Shown: in pieces, positions 60,749 through 64,000 of the stretch
Numbering within the stretch: position 1 is the first letter of the stretch
Layout: each line of letters starts with the position of its first letter
Assembly: GCA_902555055.1 (NCBI GenBank)
Contig: CACDQN010000001.1
Location: 167,535 to 231,534 of the forward strand
Source of the DNA: an uncultured Candidatus Actinomarina sp.
Lineage (GTDB): Bacteria > Actinomycetota > Acidimicrobiia > Actinomarinales > Actinomarinaceae
DNA length: 64,000 nucleotides
Reading direction: 5' to 3'
Notes under the pieces: generated by a model
What the model was told of the DNA's origin: nothing
Databases searched by the model: none
What the model saw: the letters and a program-made list of their open reading frames with translations, nothing else
Position numbers and translations under genes: made by a program

Positions 60749-61552
60749 GTGGATTTAAAAATTAAAAAACTTAAAAGGTTCAATATCATTATGGGAACAG
60801 TGCACCTTTTACAGGGTGGTTTGTTATTTTGGCTTGGAACAGTTGTAAATTCAGATTTTGTTGTACCAATTACCTTAACTCAACTTGTTGGAGTTGGCTC
60901 ACCCGAAGACCCTTCAAGCTTTGCTTTAATTCCTGAATTAGAAATTTGGACTGAAGTTACAAACTTTGGACCAGCCGTAGCTACTTTCTTACTTGCATCA
61001 GCTGTTGCACACTATTTGATATCTGGACCTTTTTATAACAAATATAAAGAAGACTTATCAAAAGGAATTAACAAAGTTAGATGGATTGAATATTCAATAA
61101 GTGCATCAGTTATGATTGTCTTAATTGCTTTGCTTGTTGGAATTTATGATATTTGGGCTTTGGCTGGAATATTCTTCATGAATGCTGCCATGTGTTGGTT
61201 TGGCTGGATGATGGAAGTTCATAATCAATATACTGAAAAAGTTGATTGGACAAGTTATATTATGGGTTGCCTCGTGGGTGTTGCTCCATGGATATTTATA
61301 TTTATAAACTTAATCGGAGATGGAGTGGCAACTGACTCTAACCCTCAAGGAGTTCCTCAATTTGTAGTATGGATATTTGTGAGTATATTTTTGTTTTTCA
61401 ATACATTTTCTATAAACATGATTCTCCAATACAAACAAGTTGGAAAATGGAAAGATTACTTATATGGTGAGAGAGCTTATATCTGGCTTAGCTTACTAGC
61501 TAAAACATGTCTTGCGTGGCAAGTATTTTTTGGTACTTATCAACCAAATTAA
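60749..61552 (+). CDS. heliorhodopsin (7-TM retinal protein with inverted topology)
   Basis: GTG start 4-5 nt after an AAAGGGG SD. Hallmark residues are present: His in TM1 (GTVHLLQ), His in TM2 (AVAHYLISG), the Glu counterion segment RWIEYSISASVMIVLIAL, and the TM7 Schiff-base Lys in GERAYIWLSLLAKTCLAWQVFFGT. Confidence 0.85.
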   Translation: MDLKIKKLKRFNIIMGTVHLLQGGLLFWLGTVVNSDFVVPITLTQLVGVGSPEDPSSFALIPELEIWTEVTNFGPAVATFLLASAVAHYLISGPFYNKYKEDLSKGINKVRWIEYSISASVMIVLIALLVGIYDIWALAGIFFMNAAMCWFGWMMEVHNQYTEKVDWTSYIMGCLVGVAPWIFIFINLIGDGVATDSNPQGVPQFVVWIFVSIFLFFNTFSINMILQYKQVGKWKDYLYGERAYIWLSLLAKTCLAWQVFFGTYQPN

Positions 61553-61628
61553 AAAACTTACTTAATTCTTCTACCAAAGAAAACAATTAATAGAAATATT
61601 AGAAGTAGCCCAATATAGGACAGTGCCA

Positions 61629-62423
61629 TTATTTTTTATTTCTTAATTTTCTTATGACAAAAAATATAAATCCGATTGGTATAAGGATGATTGAGATTGA
61701 TACAGTAATTCCAATAATATTTTCAGTCCAACCTATAGCTCTTTGTACATAATAATTCCAAGAAAAGAGTGACACACCAGATCCTTCTCTAATTTCTAAT
61801 GTGAGCGTAGAAAAGGATGTAGAATTTTCATAAAATTCTTTTTGTCCCTGGAGCATCTCGATGTCTTGATTTATATACCTTAATTGAGACTGAACTTGAA
61901 GTTTGTCAGAGGTAGAAGTTGCTTCATTTTTAATATCTTGTAATGCTTCTTTTTCACCATATAAAGATTTAAGTCTTGAATCAATATCAACAACATACCG
62001 AGTTACATCATTTGCATTTGAACTAATGCTCGTAAAACTAGATAGTTCTTCAACTTCAGAAAGAAAAGCTTCAAAATCCTCAGCAGGAATGTTTACGGTC
62101 AAGCTATAACTTTGAAGTCCTTGATAATTAGTAGAAAGATATGTATTTGAGATATTTCCTTCGTAACTTTTTACCATATTTTCTACACTTTTAATTGTGC
62201 TATTAAAATTTGACGAGCTTACATCAGTGCTGGCATATGCAGTTTTGATAATATAATCTCCCTGGGAAGTTGAAGAATTTGAAATTGATTCTGACCTACT
62301 TAAAGACATATCCTCAACCCCTCCACCTATAAATGGTTCTGGGTAGCCCTCTGATTGAATTCCATTATTACTGCAACTAATAAAAACAAAAATAAAAACA
62401 AACAACAATAGCTTTTTACTCAT
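61629..62423 (-). CDS. DUF4349-like lipoprotein (signal/lipobox, coiled-coil region, C-terminal TM anchor)
   Basis: Lipobox FISC, heptad-like central region, and a C-terminal TM helix plus a basic tail (FVIRKLRNKK). Confidence 0.5.
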   Translation of the reverse strand: MSKKLLLFVFIFVFISCSNNGIQSEGYPEPFIGGGVEDMSLSRSESISNSSTSQGDYIIKTAYASTDVSSSNFNSTIKSVENMVKSYEGNISNTYLSTNYQGLQSYSLTVNIPAEDFEAFLSEVEELSSFTSISSNANDVTRYVVDIDSRLKSLYGEKEALQDIKNEATSTSDKLQVQSQLRYINQDIEMLQGQKEFYENSTSFSTLTLEIREGSGVSLFSWNYYVQRAIGWTENIIGITVSISIILIPIGFIFFVIRKLRNKK

Positions 62424-62442
62424 GGTTGTAATTATATGTATA

Positions 62443-63531
62443 TCAAAAATTATGAATCTCTATAATAGGAATTTTTAATTCTTCTTCAGTTAGCCCACCG
62501 TGGTAGCCCTTTAGTTCAGCTTGTAAATGCTTTGGGTAGATTATATGATTTTGCTCAAGAAGGAAACAATAATCTGGATAAAGTGTTTCAATATAACTAT
62601 TACCAGGTTCTTTTAAGATATGTTTCAAATCAGATCTACTAATAAGTTCACCAGGTATGTTTGAAAAAACCTTTTCAACTTCACCTCTAGTTCCATTTAT
62701 ATAAACTGATCGTTGGTCTCCATATATCTGAATACTATTTTCATAAGATAAAGTATGCCTATTCTCAACTGGAATATTACATAATCCATGATCAGCTGAA
62801 ATTATTGTTGTAGTTTTCTTGTTACTTGCTTGAGAAATCTTTTCAACCGCTTCTTCAAATTTTTTTATTTCAAGTTCCCACTCAGCAGAATAGACTCCAA
62901 AAATATGTCCAGCAATATCAACATTTGGATAGTAAATAAAATTAAATCTATTCTCTAAAAAGGATGCTTCTGAAAGCATCTCTATTAAGTTCTCTATCGT
63001 TTTATAAGGAACCGTACTACTTTTTTCATATAGGAAGTTTGATAATGAACTTCCTACTAAGTTTTCTGGTTGAAAGTTAGCAACATGTGTATTGAATAAT
63101 TTAAATTTTTTCCAAATAGATTCTTGATTTTTAAAATGATCATTATTTAAAAGTAATTCGTTTTCACTGTTCCAGTTAAGTGCATTAATCAGACCAAAAT
63201 TACTTTTATCATACATGTAGTAACCAATAATTCCGTGGTCAATTGGGTGACTCATCATTGCAAAAGTAGTAAGTGCAACATTCGTTGAAGAAGGAAATGT
63301 AGTATTAATTATTTTTTTTATATTGTCTTTTAGGGAAGTTTCAAGTGACATTAAATTTTCATACCCAAGTCCATCAGCAAGAATAAAATTAATTGTTTCT
63401 GCCTCTTTAATCTTCTCAGTTAATAGATTCTCAACAGAATTTAATTTCCTTTCGTCATTTATGACGGTACTAAAAACCTCTTCTGAAAGCTGTAAAAGAC
63501 TTGCTTCGTTTAAAAAATTTTTGTTAATCAC
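62443..63531 (-). CDS. alkaline phosphatase superfamily protein (nucleotide pyrophosphatase/phosphodiesterase-like)
   Basis: Metal-ligand motifs ILADGLGYE (N-terminal) and ISADHGL. Confidence 0.55.
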   Translation of the reverse strand: MINKNFLNEASLLQLSEEVFSTVINDERKLNSVENLLTEKIKEAETINFILADGLGYENLMSLETSLKDNIKKIINTTFPSSTNVALTTFAMMSHPIDHGIIGYYMYDKSNFGLINALNWNSENELLLNNDHFKNQESIWKKFKLFNTHVANFQPENLVGSSLSNFLYEKSSTVPYKTIENLIEMLSEASFLENRFNFIYYPNVDIAGHIFGVYSAEWELEIKKFEEAVEKISQASNKKTTTIISADHGLCNIPVENRHTLSYENSIQIYGDQRSVYINGTRGEVEKVFSNIPGELISRSDLKHILKEPGNSYIETLYPDYCFLLEQNHIIYPKHLQAELKGYHGGLTEEELKIPIIEIHNF

Positions 63532-63611
63532 TTATAAAAATCTTACAAAAAAATTACACTGAAGTTTGAGAAAAAACTAAACTTTTTAGAGGCTGGACTA
63601 AAGTATAAAGT

Positions 63612-63977
63612 ATGATTTCTTATTTTCAAGATTATGTGACCATAGCAGCAGTGCTAGGATTTGGACTTTTTTTGGTCGTGCTCTTACTTGGTGTAGCATC
63701 TGTCCTTAGGCCTAATAAGCCTTATGCAGAAAAACTTCAAACTTATGAATGTGGAGTAGATCCAGTAGGTTCTGGGTGGAGCCAAACATATGTAAGATAT
63801 TATATATTTGGTTTACTATTTGTAATTTTTGATGTTGAAGCAGTATTTATATTTCCATGGGCTATCAACTTGGAAAAACTTGGCTATTTTGGATTAATTG
63901 AGATGTTTGTTTTTATATTCATCTTATTAATTGGTCTCATATATGCCATTAGAAAGGATGTACTCAAATGGGAATAG
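63612..63977 (+). CDS. second NuoA-family protein (NADH-quinone oxidoreductase subunit A paralogue)
   Basis: 121 aa with 3 TM helices and YECG…FDVE motifs. Only about 40% identical by eye to the nuoA at 34371. Confidence 0.85.
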   Translation: MISYFQDYVTIAAVLGFGLFLVVLLLGVASVLRPNKPYAEKLQTYECGVDPVGSGWSQTYVRYYIFGLLFVIFDVEAVFIFPWAINLEKLGYFGLIEMFVFIFILLIGLIYAIRKDVLKWE

Positions 63978-64000
63978 TTGATAAATTTGGTCTTCCAAAG

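Noticed and set aside
1-64000. search for CRISPR arrays, IS elements, integrases, phage genes, toxin-antitoxin pairs or restriction-modification genes
   Set aside because: I saw no direct-repeat arrays, transposase or integrase motifs, or nuclease/methylase genes. The window looks like a conserved housekeeping region rather than an accessory island.

Overview
This window is a 64-kb gene-dense stretch of an AT-rich (about 33% GC) actinobacterial chromosome, with almost all of it coding. Gene order matches the conserved actinobacterial core (dacB-like/tilS/hpt/ftsH/folE-folP-folB-folK/panC/coaX/lysS ... clpC ... disA/carD/ispF/cysS/rlmB), which suggests a streamlined low-GC marine or freshwater actinobacterium such as Actinomarinales or the acI lineage. 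Many adjacent genes overlap by ATGA/GTGA/TAATG, and GTG/TTG starts are common.

The main blocks are:
- folate, pantothenate and translation housekeeping genes (1-10 kb);
- a divergent polyprenyl synthase and clpC;
- a BMP-family nucleoside ABC transporter (13.7-18.7 kb);
- disA, carD, ispF, cysS, rlmB and a tRNA-Thr;
- a Liv-type branched-chain amino-acid ABC transporter (24.8-29.6 kb);
- a CvpA-like/CAP-domain membrane protein and a MATE transporter;
- rex, a geranylgeranyl-reductase-family gene (possibly MenJ-like) and a complete 14-gene nuoA-N complex I operon (34.4-48.7 kb) preceded by a perfect Rex operator;
- a TetR regulator with an ABC-2 exporter, then SRPBCC, quinone oxidoreductase and tdk genes;
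- an iron module made of a DtxR/IdeR-family regulator, ferrochelatase and fbpABC Fe(III) transporter;
- a heliorhodopsin gene;
- a DUF4349 lipoprotein, an alkaline-phosphatase-superfamily gene and a second nuoA paralogue at the window edge.

I found no CRISPR array, transposon, integrase or recognisable defence island, so the region reads as core genome. The observations I consider most worth follow-up are:
- the heliorhodopsin locus;
- a pseudo-phosphatase-like gene inserted into the fol operon;
- a TAATG-coupled 44-codon membrane sORF after nuoN;
- the Rex operator upstream of nuoA;
- a tandem palindromic repeat in the hemH/fbpA divergent promoter region next to the DtxR-family gene;
- a ferrochelatase with an internal 4-Cys insert;
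- a CvpA-TM/CAP-domain fusion.

All calls are made by eye from sequence motifs and remembered family signatures. No database search was run.
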